32,000 bases of DNA from Nitrosopumilaceae archaeon (GCA_965214835.1 CBDCCK010000002.1:3054430-3086429), one strand, 5' to 3'. Shown: positions 8,270-17,533, counted from the stretch's first letter. Numbers and translations are program-made. Notes: generated by a model not told the origin, from the sequence alone.

Positions 8270-8923
8270 TTGAAATTAGATTCACAGGCACATGCCAGCA
8301 TGGATTCGGTGCAGAGGCTGTTTGACAGATGGTCAGATGTTGGCAGGGCAGAGTTGATGGAAAAAGAGCACGGAAGGCCGGTGAGGGAGTTTTTAAAAAA
8401 GGCGGATCTGAAAAAGCCGTTTACGTTTTTGGACATCGGCTGCGGAAACGGATGGGTCGTCAGGATGGTTTCGGGCCTAGACAGCTGCAAAAAGGCAACA
8501 GGAATAGACAAAAGCGAGAAAATGATCAGAAATGCCAGGTCAAAGATCTCCTCAAGAAAAGAGGAGTATTTTGTTGAGGACATAGATAGGTGGGGGACCA
8601 GGAGAAAGTTCGACAGGATATTTTCCATGGAGACCATATACTACACCGAATCGCCGGAGAGTACACTGAGGAAGATCTTCGGTCTGCTGAATCCAGGTGG
8701 GATGTTTTTTTGCGGTACCGACTTTTATGCAGACAACAGGGCAACCGCAGGCTGGTCTGAGAGGATGAGCCTGAGGATGCACCTGCTCTCAAGAAGGGAG
8801 TGGAGGGGACTGTTTGAGGATGCGGGGTTTGAGGCCAAAACAGCACTCATCAAAGACAAGGCAGACCGCAAAAAATGGAAGCGGGAGTTGGGAACCTTGT
8901 TCATCACGGGGACTAGGGACTAA
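8270..8923 (+). CDS. Class I SAM-dependent methyltransferase
   Basis: Motif I FLDIGCGNGWVVRMV and a post-I acidic residue (GIDKSEKM), then LLNPGGMFF. 8270 is a TTG. An ATG at 8300 (MDSVQRLF) is the more likely start. Confidence 0.8.
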   Translation: MKLDSQAHASMDSVQRLFDRWSDVGRAELMEKEHGRPVREFLKKADLKKPFTFLDIGCGNGWVVRMVSGLDSCKKATGIDKSEKMIRNARSKISSRKEEYFVEDIDRWGTRRKFDRIFSMETIYYTESPESTLRKIFGLLNPGGMFFCGTDFYADNRATAGWSERMSLRMHLLSRREWRGLFEDAGFEAKTALIKDKADRKKWKRELGTLFITGTRD

Positions 8924-8987
8924 GTTGTAGGGATATGGTTCCCTCCCATTAAGAGCCGGGGCATGAGGCTATGTTCTGGATTGTCGC

Positions 8988-9097
8988 CTTCCACTTGCCC
9001 TCACCCCTAATCCGGATTCCTGCGAGCTATCTGTCGACTTGGGCCGTATTGAATTATTCATCTTCCACTTGCCCTCACCCCTAATCCGGATTCCTGC
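8988..9097 (+). repeat. Two identical 36-bp direct repeats separated by a 38-bp spacer
   Basis: cttccacttgccctcacccctaatccggattcctgc occurs at 8988..9023 and 9062..9097. Each copy contains the 10-bp palindrome aatccggatt. Confidence 0.9.
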
Positions 9098-9823
9098 CCT
9101 GTCAGCTGTGTTCTTACAACTCAAGTCCCGCCCGCAAGAGTCTACCCCACAGGCGATACTGCTGGCCCGAGCCTTGATCACCATGCCCACCACGCCGCAT
9201 ATTCTGGAGGTGATAGACTCTTACGTCCCGCCCCCCAGATAGCTTCAAATAGATTCGGCGCTGCATGGGTCATAGGCGAGCTGGAGCACGACACGCTGCC
9301 ACGGCAGAGGAAACTCCTCCCTCCATACAGGAAATGTGACCTGGAGATGGGTAACCAGAGATGGTTGGAAACAGAACAGAAAACCAATCCCGCTGAAATT
9401 ACGATGACGGTGAAAAGCCCGAGATGTTCAGCTGCGGAATGAAAAATCTGCCCCACATGGAGCAAGGCCAAACAGAACCCCAAGTGCCTGTACTCGGTTC
9501 AGGTAGGCTGCAAAGCGAAATATCGTGAAAACAGAAGGAGGGTTACTCCCAGCACGCCTGGAATCTTTTTCCCTTGGCACGGTGCAGACGGTTTTCCCTC
9601 CCTCATGTCACATGCATGCATTCTGTCAGGTCCAGTCCTGCAATCGACGCACCAAAGGTCTTTGATCATCAAAAAGCGTCCTCATACACAGCTTGCGCCC
9701 ACATGAGCTCAAGAACTTTTGCTCGTCACCACATGCAGGACTCGTCGGATCCTGCAGGCACCTAAAGAGCAGAAGCTGCTTTGTGTGGCACTGACTTGGG
9801 ATTTGTCCTGACGGATTATGCAT

Positions 9824-10159
9824 TCATCCCCTTTTTCTCACTACCGCACCTACAACAGAGACCAGCACTCCGGCGATAAAGACTCCAATGCCAACTTTAC
9901 CCAGTACCCCAAATATGGGCAGGCTCTTTCCAACCTGTGGAGTAATCGGAGTGCCCGAGCTGCCAGATCGCATGACCACTTCGGGGGGGACGGGTACGAT
10001 TGTAAGCAAGCCGACAGCCATGCTGGCAACAAAGAGGCCAATTCCCGAGACAGACACGATGAGGCCGGCCCGCAGCAGATTCAATGCTATGTCATTCTCA
10101 AGGCTAGAAGGAGCCTGTGTGATCCTTGCAGACAGAAGCGCCGCACCTGCAGTCTGCAT
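9824..10159 (-). CDS. Small two-TM membrane protein (hypothetical)
   Basis: From the internal ATG at 10159 the product has two clear hydrophobic helices (GLIVSVSGIGLFVASMAVGLLTIV and IFGVLGKVGIGVFIAGVLVSVVGAVV). It overlaps the 3' end of the upstream gene in another frame. The long ORF form reaches 10306. Confidence 0.45.
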   Translation of the reverse strand: MQTAGAALLSARITQAPSSLENDIALNLLRAGLIVSVSGIGLFVASMAVGLLTIVPVPPEVVMRSGSSGTPITPQVGKSLPIFGVLGKVGIGVFIAGVLVSVVGAVVRKRG

Positions 10160-11480
10160 CACAAAGACACGAGCCCTGCATCGCGCAATCGCATTCGCTG
10201 CCAATATCGGCAGACGCCGCACAGCCACACGCTGCCTCCTGCTGAGCAGAGTCCAGCTGGGGGCTCTGTGGCGGGGGCGTGCTCTGTGAGCTCGACGAGT
10301 CCTCATAGACGCTGCGTGTCTGCTGATAGTCTGACTCGTCTCTCAGCTGCGCCTCGCCGCGGTTGGTCTTGTAGCCGCCGGAGCTCTCGCTAGTAGAATA
10401 TCCTACCAGCCGGGACGGGTCGATGCCGCTTTGTCCCTGGCCCTCCTCCTTTTTCATCTGCCTGTTGCTGTACACGAAAAATGCGCCTCCCCCGACTGCT
10501 GCCATACCGGCCATCCCGTAGACGATGGCCACGGGAAAGTCGCCGGTCGATGTTTGTGCATATCCCTCCGGAGGAGTAGGCAGTATGCCAAATATTTCAA
10601 TGCCGTCAAGACTGTCCAGCTGTGCAAACCCGATTGCGTGGACGTTTGCATTGTCAGCGGACTGGACGGTTCTTACCGTGTACTCTTGGTCGGCGCTAAA
10701 GGTTGCATGGAACTCCCGCTCCACCTGGATCCCCTCCCGGATGCTGCTCTCGCCCATCGTATAGCTGGAAACTACAAAGCCTGCAATCTCATCGTCCAGG
10801 CCAAACTGGGCGGCGTCTGCGTTGATGCCGGTCGGATCAAACAAAAAATGCCAGTTAGCTAGCGGCTGATCCCTGATAAAGTCAGCATTGATTAAATTAT
10901 CATGCAGTAGATCCTCTGCCTCGGAGCCACTGATGAGCGATGCCAGTGCTGGATCTTCTGATTCTATTGCAGAGAACGGATGGTTGATTTCAATGCCGTC
11001 GGCAATTACAGGATCCTGGATGGATATGCCCCTCCAGCCCATGTCAACTAGCGCCGGGTTCCGGCCGTCTGCTGCACGAATTACATAGCTTCCAATCTCT
11101 CCGGTGATCAGGATTTGAAAGTCAACTGCCGCAGAAACCGGGTTTCCCTTGAGGGTCGCAAGATAGTCCACGGCAAGGTTCGAAACCTGGGCATGGCTGC
11201 CGTCGCCTACAAGGTTTGCGTTGATTTGGTTGGCAATTGTCTGGGCCTCGGCAGGATCTGCAGTTGCGGTGACAGTCCAAGAGTCGCCGCGAAGGGAGTC
11301 TGCCACCTGTCCGCCGTCGGGATACTCGATGAAGATTGTTTTTTGATACCTGATCTTAAATTCGGATGTGTCGGTGTTTGGGTTGATTCTTGTCTCCAGT
11401 TGCGCGGCCTCGGCGGCAGAGAAGGTGCCAAATACGAGAATCGCCGCCACTAAAACCGAGAATAAAGCTGCCCCTTGCAC
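10104..11480 (-). CDS. Single-pass surface protein with a Cys-rich (CxC) cytoplasmic tail, unknown function
   Basis: 458-aa ORF with a GTG start and signal peptide QGAALFSVLVAAILVFGTFSAAEAA. It has a TM segment FPVAIVYGMAGMAAVGGGAFFVY, a Ser/Gln-rich linker, and the tail ACGCAASADIGSECDCAMQGSCLCDADCRCGASVCKDH. Confidence 0.8.
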   Translation of the reverse strand: MQGAALFSVLVAAILVFGTFSAAEAAQLETRINPNTDTSEFKIRYQKTIFIEYPDGGQVADSLRGDSWTVTATADPAEAQTIANQINANLVGDGSHAQVSNLAVDYLATLKGNPVSAAVDFQILITGEIGSYVIRAADGRNPALVDMGWRGISIQDPVIADGIEINHPFSAIESEDPALASLISGSEAEDLLHDNLINADFIRDQPLANWHFLFDPTGINADAAQFGLDDEIAGFVVSSYTMGESSIREGIQVEREFHATFSADQEYTVRTVQSADNANVHAIGFAQLDSLDGIEIFGILPTPPEGYAQTSTGDFPVAIVYGMAGMAAVGGGAFFVYSNRQMKKEEGQGQSGIDPSRLVGYSTSESSGGYKTNRGEAQLRDESDYQQTRSVYEDSSSSQSTPPPQSPQLDSAQQEAACGCAASADIGSECDCAMQGSCLCDADCRCGASVCKDHTGSF

Positions 11481-11592
11481 GAGTCAAATCCTTGGTCACT
11501 TACATTTAATCTTATCTTAAAAGGCGAATAACGATCAGGCTTTGAAAAGGTAATATTGAGCTACATAGCTTACCAGCTCGTTCTAAAAGAAA

Positions 11593-12513
11593 ATGATTAC
11601 GGTACTATCAGGCGGCACGGGCTCAGTCAAGCTAGTAAGGGGGCTAGTTGCGCAGGACGGCAGCGTCAGCATAGTCAGCAACGTAGGAGACAACTACTGG
11701 CTGTACGGCATGTACGTGTGTCCGGACGTCGACACGGTCATTTACGGCCTGGCAGACATTTTAGACCATGACAAGGGCTGGGGGGTCAAAAAGGACACCT
11801 TCAACTTTTTGAGGCAGATGGAGGTCTTCGGGGAGGAGACTTGGTTTAGGATTGGCGACAGGGACGCGGCAACCCACCTGATTCGGACCAACATGCTAAA
11901 GAACGGAAAAAACCTGAGCGACATTACGAAATGGATGTGTGAAAAGTTTGCAATAAGCGCAAAGATCATCCCGGTCACAGACAACACCATAGAGACTAGG
12001 ATCATCACCAACAAGGGGGAGCTGCACCTGCAGGAGTACTGGGTAAAATACAGGGGCATGGACGATGTCGAGGGGATCCAGTACATTGGGGCAGACAAGG
12101 CAAGGCCGAACCCGGAGGCGGTAAACGCGATTCATGACTCGGATCTGGTGATTCTGGCGCCAGGAAACCCGCTGACCAGCATAGGGCCGATGCTGCAGAT
12201 CAAGGGAATCAGAAAGGAGCTTTCAAAGATCAAAAAGAAGGTGGTGGCAGTCAGTCCGCTGATAGGAGACAAGGCGATAAGCGGTCCGGCGGCAAAGTAC
12301 ATGCAGGCTGCCGGAATCGAGTCAAACGCATACGGGCTGGCAAAGATGTACTCTGATGTTTGCTCCAATATAATCATAGACTCAAAGGACAGGCTGCTCT
12401 CAAAGAAGATCCAAAACTTGGACATGAAGGTATTTGATACAAAGATTACCATGAAGACCAAGCAGGCAGAGGATGCGCTTGCCTCGTTCATCCTAAAACA
12501 AGTCCACGTTTAG
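11593..12513 (+). CDS. cofD: 2-phospho-L-lactate transferase (LPPG:FO transferase), coenzyme F420 biosynthesis
   Basis: The N-terminus MITVLSGGTGSVKLVRGL and a 306-aa length are typical of CofD. cofC follows after a single nucleotide. Confidence 0.85.
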   Translation: MITVLSGGTGSVKLVRGLVAQDGSVSIVSNVGDNYWLYGMYVCPDVDTVIYGLADILDHDKGWGVKKDTFNFLRQMEVFGEETWFRIGDRDAATHLIRTNMLKNGKNLSDITKWMCEKFAISAKIIPVTDNTIETRIITNKGELHLQEYWVKYRGMDDVEGIQYIGADKARPNPEAVNAIHDSDLVILAPGNPLTSIGPMLQIKGIRKELSKIKKKVVAVSPLIGDKAISGPAAKYMQAAGIESNAYGLAKMYSDVCSNIIIDSKDRLLSKKIQNLDMKVFDTKITMKTKQAEDALASFILKQVHV

Positions 12514-12514
12514 C

Positions 12515-13162
12515 TTGCTCAAAATAGCGGTAATCATACCAGTCAAGACGTTTTCAAGGGCCAAGTCTCGGCTGGACCTGCCGCAAAAAGTCAGGAGCAG
12601 CCTGTGCGAGCTGATGCTAGATGAGCTGCTGCACACGCTGTCCATGTCGCCGCTAATTGAGAGGACAATCACAGTCACGGGGGATCCGGCGGCCGGAAGG
12701 ATTGCAGAAAAATACGGGTCGGTAGTCATCCCAGACAGAGAAGAGTCTGGGGTAAACGAGGCAGTCTCCCTGGCAGACGACCATGTAAGGGAGAACGGCA
12801 TAGGGGCGACCATAGTGCTGCCGCAGGACATACCGTTTACAAAAACCCAGGATATCGACTTTTTGCTCAGGGTTCAGATTCCGCCGAACTTTGTGACGGT
12901 TGTGCCCTCGCGCAGGTTTGACGGGACCAATGCTCTGGTCCGAATGCCCCACGACATCATGGGCACGTCATACGACCAGGACAGCTACCGGAGCCATGTC
13001 GAGGCTGCAAGGAGGCATACGCGAAACTGGTCTGTCCTGTTTGTAAGGAGGATGATGGTGGACATAGACGATGTCGAGGATCTAAGATACGCTCTAGAGC
13101 GAAACGAAAAGCCGGAGCTGTGTGAGAGGATCAGGAAGCTGGTAGGCCTGGAGGCGCCATAA
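12515..13162 (+). CDS. cofC: 2-phospho-L-lactate guanylyltransferase, coenzyme F420 biosynthesis
   Basis: TTG start. The N-terminus IAVIIPVKTFSRAKSRL is typical of CofC. 215 aa, tightly coupled to cofD. Confidence 0.8.
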   Translation: MLKIAVIIPVKTFSRAKSRLDLPQKVRSSLCELMLDELLHTLSMSPLIERTITVTGDPAAGRIAEKYGSVVIPDREESGVNEAVSLADDHVRENGIGATIVLPQDIPFTKTQDIDFLLRVQIPPNFVTVVPSRRFDGTNALVRMPHDIMGTSYDQDSYRSHVEAARRHTRNWSVLFVRRMMVDIDDVEDLRYALERNEKPELCERIRKLVGLEAP

Positions 13163-13163
13163 A

Positions 13164-13412
13164 GTGGCAAGCGCGCGCAAGACAGGAGCTGGAATTGGCT
13201 ATGTTTATTCCGTATATGATCAATATCCCGGTGATAGTGGTTCCCCGGTTGGAAAGCTAACTGGAGGGGATTTCACTGTACATGGAATGCACGTAGGTCT
13301 TGCTGATTCAGGTTTCTACGACCAACCAGCTTGCTCTCAAGGCGGCAAATATTCCAAGTTTATCACGTACGACAAAATACAAAGCGTGTTAGGCATGGTA
13401 GGAAAGACATGA
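13164..13412 (+). pseudogene. C-terminal fragment of a trypsin-like (S1-type) serine protease
   Basis: Contains the catalytic-serine motif PGDSGSPV followed by VHGMHVG. The frame opens only at 13146, so the His/Asp-bearing N-terminal domain is absent. The stop overlaps the next start in ATGA. Confidence 0.45.
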
Positions 13413-14116
13413 GGCATCCTCCTTTTTTTCTTTTTTTACTATTGCTTGTGCCAAGTACGGTGATTTTTGCCGAGTTGCATGATGAAGAAATGACATCCTC
13501 TAAACAAACCGAGGCATGTGAGTACCATTCAAAGTATCCAAATGAGTTATTCAATTTATGTGAATACAAACTGGATTGTGAGGGATTAGAATTTACTTAT
13601 GAAGGGGGAAGAAATGTATTGGAAAAAGATTATCTCACTCAACTATTTTTACAAAATAATCCGTGGGGAAGTATTAACACTGGAAATATAATAGGAAACT
13701 TTGATGTAGGAAACGTTTGGTTGGTTGGTGATAAAATCCATCATGAAGATAAAAATCTGGGAATTGGCATGAACATGTGTAATGATATCACCAGGTATTC
13801 CTATCAGGATTTGATTTTACGAATATATGAAAAAGGAGACCATGGAAAAGCAGTTTTAAATGTGGAAGGGAAAAACATAACTGACTCGGCGGTACTGGCA
13901 GGAGAAGGCAAATATGAAATTGCTAAAAGAATCATCGGCAAGCATGCCTCCCCAAAAGTTCAGATAAATGAATTTGGAATTCCATCAAACAGGATACACT
14001 GTAATGACGGGCTTGAATTATTTGAACGTAGCAACAATGTCCTTGTATGCATCAAACCTCAAACATTTGAAAAACTGGTGGAAAGGGGATTCGACATTAA
14101 GCACTATCCTTCATAG
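13409..14116 (+). CDS. Secreted hypothetical protein encoded in a low-G+C islet
   Basis: Signal peptide MRHPPFFLFLLLLVPSTVIFA from the ATG at 13409 (the longest ORF starts at 13331). About one-third G+C by eye versus well over half in the flanks. C-terminal motif CNDGLELFERSNNVLVCIKPQTFEKLVERGF. Confidence 0.75.
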   Translation: MRHPPFFLFLLLLVPSTVIFAELHDEEMTSSKQTEACEYHSKYPNELFNLCEYKLDCEGLEFTYEGGRNVLEKDYLTQLFLQNNPWGSINTGNIIGNFDVGNVWLVGDKIHHEDKNLGIGMNMCNDITRYSYQDLILRIYEKGDHGKAVLNVEGKNITDSAVLAGEGKYEIAKRIIGKHASPKVQINEFGIPSNRIHCNDGLELFERSNNVLVCIKPQTFEKLVERGFDIKHYPS

Positions 14117-14199
14117 CCGGTCTTCCCAGTAGCCCGAAATTGCCAATTTTGACCGAGGCAGATCAACAAGGTGCGTCCCAGAAGGCCAGTAGTCCATAG

Positions 14200-15326
14200 G
14201 TATGAGATCACCTACCCCTAGATTATTTTGGCCGCCTCAGCCGCGATGGACTTGCCCTGCATCCCCCACGTCTACACGCATGTATTGAACCATCCATGCC
14301 TTTCCATCCAGGCCAGGCCGCCCTTGATCTGGCCGCTTATCTTGAATTGAAGCACGACGGGGCGCAGCGCCCGCTCTGCACCGTTGCTGGTGGGCTCGAC
14401 ACCCTCGTATTCCAGAAACGCAAACATGTACGGCAGGGCCCTGTGCATCCTCTTGAGGGGGTGGCTCCGGCGGGCCGCCCCCATGCATCAACGTATCCGA
14501 ACAGTATATTCTGCATGTCGGTCTCAAACCGCCGGCGCAGATCCGGCGAGTGCCGCCCCATCAGCCCGCTGGCCCTGCCCATCCCCGTCCTCTCCTCGAG
14601 CTCCCAAAGACTTTCCTCGGACAGCTTGTCCCAGCCCTCAAGACACCCCTTGGCATCCTCGAACAGCTGCTGCATCTGCCGGTACAGGACTCCTGCAAAC
14701 ATCGGGCGCCCTTTTTCTGCGATATATACGGGAGGAACCGCAGCTCGTGCTCCCAGCACCGCCGGAGCCTTCCCAACAGCCCGAGCTCCTCGTATGCGGG
14801 ATATCCGTCCGATGTGACGACGCCCCAGTACCCGCCCATGTACTGGTTCAGGATCCTAGCGCTCCTAGTGTCTGCATGTATCATGAACATGCCCACCGCC
14901 GGCAGCATGGCCCGCGTCCATCCCAGCCTGCCTGCCAGGTTGATCCCCGTCTCGTCTATGCAGACTGTCTTGGCTTTTTACCTTCTTGGCGATGTCCTCT
15001 GCAGGCTCCATGGCATCAGAGACGCGTCCCGGGATGTTGATTATCGTTGACTAGCATGTATCCTCATGGGACCGGATAAGCGTGCGATCCTGTTGCTGGG
15101 AATGTCATCTGCGCGCGGCTCGGTGGCGATTGACTGCGCTCTTGCCGTAGCCGCCGCTCTTTGGCAGGTCGTTGGGGACAGCATCATCTCCCTGAGCGAT
15201 TCTGCAGATGCCTAGATCTCACAAACTATGAGAGGCTGGCCTTTCATAATGCCTATCCGGCGCTCACACATGGATCAGTATCGCCATCAATGTTTAACCT
15301 GCTACGAGGTGCAGGTGATCTCATAC
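14200..15326 (-). mobile_element. Decayed, internally shortened IS66-like element with both TIRs retained
   Basis: TIRs are gtatgagatcacctacccct (14200..) and the reverse complement of gaggtgcaggtgatctcatac (..15326), 14 bp perfect and 18/20 overall. Minus-strand frames read CIDETGINLAG, GYWGVVTSDGYPAYEELG, RCWEHELR and FLEYEGVEPTSNGAERALRPV only across several frameshifts. Confidence 0.7.
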
Positions 15327-15384
15327 GATGCCGTGCCGCAGCTCAGAGCAGCAGAGTCAGGCCAGTCAAAAACAGATGCGGTGC

Positions 15385-16374
15385 CTAGCGGGCTTCCAGG
15401 CCGGATCGCCTTGCATTGAAACGGCCAAGCACCAAGAACAGGATGGATATTGCGCCGGATGCGACAAAAAGCAGCTCCAGGCTGCCAAGCAGTGAGTGGG
15501 AGTACGCATCATCCAAGGAAATGTCGTTTACAAACGCGACAAAGTAGACGTATGAGAGGACGAAATAGTTTGTAGCCCAGTGCAGCATTATTGCGGCCAA
15601 CAGCCCGTACCGATAGTATACCCAGCCAATGATCACGCCGGCGGCGGATGCCTGGGCAAACTTGCCACCGCCCCATGGCTCGCCCGAAAGCACGTGGGCC
15701 AAGCCAAACAGGATGCCGACTGCCGCAATCAGCGCAAGCACGCGCCCCGGGCCTGCAGCGTCCAGATTCTCAAAGGGATTCCACAGGGATGCTGCAAGCC
15801 TCCCAGGCGAGGCCCTGCGGCCGAACATCAGGTAAAGGGGCAGTCCGATCAGGATTACGCGGAACCCGATCTCCTCTACGAGGGGCGCCAGGCTGGCCGA
15901 AAAAAACTGCGTCAGATCGTTGTCAAAACTCGGAGGCTCTATGGCTATTCCAAAGGAGCCCTGAACCGCATCGACTACGGCAGAGACAACAACCAAAACC
16001 CCAAACCACTGAAGCATCGAGACCAGGTAGTTTGACGAGGAGTCCCTTCCAGATGACAGGATGAGGGCAAGCGACTTGATGAAGTTTTGCCCGGGGCCCA
16101 GGATGCCAATGGCAAACAGGATTACAAACACCGACCAGATCACGATAAAGCCGTCCCCAATTGCAACCTCAAACGGAAGCGGTTCAAGCAGGGACTCGAT
16201 CCCAGAATAGACGTACGCCAGCGGATACTCGTGCGTGATATCCCGGCCGACGTCGGAATTGAAAAAGACGTACGCCCCGACCGGAAAGGACAGCAGCATC
16301 ATTCCAAAGATTATCGACAGTAGTGCAGAGTGCGGAATCCCAAGTCCCCGGAGTATTCTGTCAGTTTCCTGCAA
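15385..16374 (-). CDS. CPBP family (CAAX/Abi-type) intramembrane metalloprotease
   Basis: Multi-TM 329-aa ORF with motifs EEIGFRVIL (EExxxR), FGLAHV (FxxxH) and HWATNY (HxxxN). TTG start 7 nt after the SUI1 stop. Confidence 0.85.
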   Translation of the reverse strand: MQETDRILRGLGIPHSALLSIIFGMMLLSFPVGAYVFFNSDVGRDITHEYPLAYVYSGIESLLEPLPFEVAIGDGFIVIWSVFVILFAIGILGPGQNFIKSLALILSSGRDSSSNYLVSMLQWFGVLVVVSAVVDAVQGSFGIAIEPPSFDNDLTQFFSASLAPLVEEIGFRVILIGLPLYLMFGRRASPGRLAASLWNPFENLDAAGPGRVLALIAAVGILFGLAHVLSGEPWGGGKFAQASAAGVIIGWVYYRYGLLAAIMLHWATNYFVLSYVYFVAFVNDISLDDAYSHSLLGSLELLFVASGAISILFLVLGRFNARRSGLEAR

Positions 16375-16381
16375 TTCTGGT

Positions 16382-16690
16382 CTAGTGCAGCTCTATTGAG
16401 GACTCTGCAAACCCCAAGTCGACAAGCGTGTCCTTGAGGGTATCGCGATGATCGCCTTGCAGGAAGATGTATCCCTCCTTGGCGGTGCCGCCGCACGCGT
16501 ACTTGTTCTTCAAGTCCTTTGCGACGCGCTCTAGATCGTTTAGCTTTGGATCAAGGCCCTCAATCATGGTGCCCTTTTTCTTAAAGCGGCGGGTTTCTAG
16601 CCGGATGATAATTTTCGTACTGTCCTTGGCTAGGTCGCCACAGGCACACAGATCTTCGGGAAGGCCACACGTATTACAAATTACTGCCAT
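16382..16690 (-). CDS. sui1: Translation initiation factor aSUI1 (eIF1 homologue) with N-terminal Zn-ribbon
   Basis: MAVICNTCGLPEDLCACG followed by IRLETRRFKKKGTMIEGL...LKNKYACGGTAKEGYIFLQGDHRD. The ORF track form starts at 16714, but the ATG at 16690 is preferred. Confidence 0.9.
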   Translation of the reverse strand: MAVICNTCGLPEDLCACGDLAKDSTKIIIRLETRRFKKKGTMIEGLDPKLNDLERVAKDLKNKYACGGTAKEGYIFLQGDHRDTLKDTLVDLGFAESSIELH

Positions 16691-16743
16691 TCGTTCGTTA
16701 CAATTCCCCCACACACACTATTAAGCCTTTTAGTCGCCACTGG

Positions 16744-16834
16744 GTATGTGGTCACCTGCCCCTATCAATAGGCATGAATTGGCATGTACAATGTGATTTT
16801 CGTACCTAGATAGCAAGGGGACGTGACCACGTAC
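16744..16834 (+). mobile_element. MITE-A copy (best preserved)
   Basis: gtatgtggtcacctgcccctatc ... gatagcaaggggacgtgaccacgtac. The arms are inverted repeats, total length 91 bp. Confidence 0.7.
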
Positions 16835-16841
16835 GCCACTG

Positions 16842-17488
16842 GGCAATTGGCTAGGTTGAGCACACGGGCCCGGGTGGGAAGCAGGCACGAATCCTATGCT
16901 GCCGCAGGCACCCAGGCCAGATTGGCCGGTGCATCCGGCCCGCGCATGCACCATGTCCTGATGCACGATATCAAGGTGCCAAACATCCCCCATGCCGGCA
17001 GGGATGCGCAGCCTTTACCGCACGCCCCCCTGTATGACTGCCCTGCGCAGCGCCCTCTCGGCCCTGCTGTTGGTAGGCTCCATGCCCGGATACCTGACAA
17101 AGGTGAACAGGTACGGGCCGCAGCTGCAAGCGTGCCTCCAAGGCTGTACCACATCTAGGCATACTGAGCGGCTAGGGCCTCTGCGGGCGATATCATTTCG
17201 GTGCAGTCGTGATCGGGGGGCATGTGCTTGGCCTCGCAGAGTACGGGCTGCAGACGCCTGTACAGTGATTCCCCGGTACATCCCTTGGGTACATGCTGCC
17301 CGGTAAGCCAGACTATTATCCAATCCCCGTCTGTGATGGCCTCATCCTTGCCGGACTCGGCCATGGTGCGGGCCCAGCTCATCGCGCAATATCTGGGATC
17401 CCTGAGCCAGGCAATGGGTCAGGCATGACCGGGGCGCTTATCGCGTGGTGATCAAAAATTGGCCTTGTGCTCGGCCCAAGCGGTTACA
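16842..17488 (-). pseudogene. IS66-like transposase remnant (C-terminal third), truncated element
   Basis: Minus-strand frames read LFTFVRYPGMEPTNSRAERALRRAV and TLISCIRTWCMRGPDAPANL across frameshifts. The subterminal 42-bp block 17447..17488 recurs at 17987..18028. Confidence 0.6.
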
Positions 17489-17533
17489 GGCACGGGGCAA
17501 ACACTATTTTTAGCAAGGAATCAAACAAGCATC

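Noticed and set aside
8988-9097. Possible CRISPR array
   Set aside because: There are only two repeat units and one spacer, with no cas genes or leader in the window. It is kept as a repeat and a finding but not called CRISPR.
8969-9483. ORFs 8969..9193(-), 9039..9242(+) and 9178..9483(-)
   Set aside because: The first two are built on the 36-bp repeats. The third has a TTG start, odd composition and no motifs. None has enough support to call a gene.
10431-11453. + strand ORFs (143, 79, 66 and 112 aa) opposite the 458-aa gene, and + strand ORFs 9818..10393 and 9888..10289
   Set aside because: They are antisense to a gene with a clear signal peptide and TM architecture, and their composition is not protein-like.
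14296-15050. + strand ORFs of 166-218 aa
   Set aside because: The recognisable IS66-type motifs are all on the minus strand. The + strand ORFs are Pro/Arg/Ser-rich shadows.
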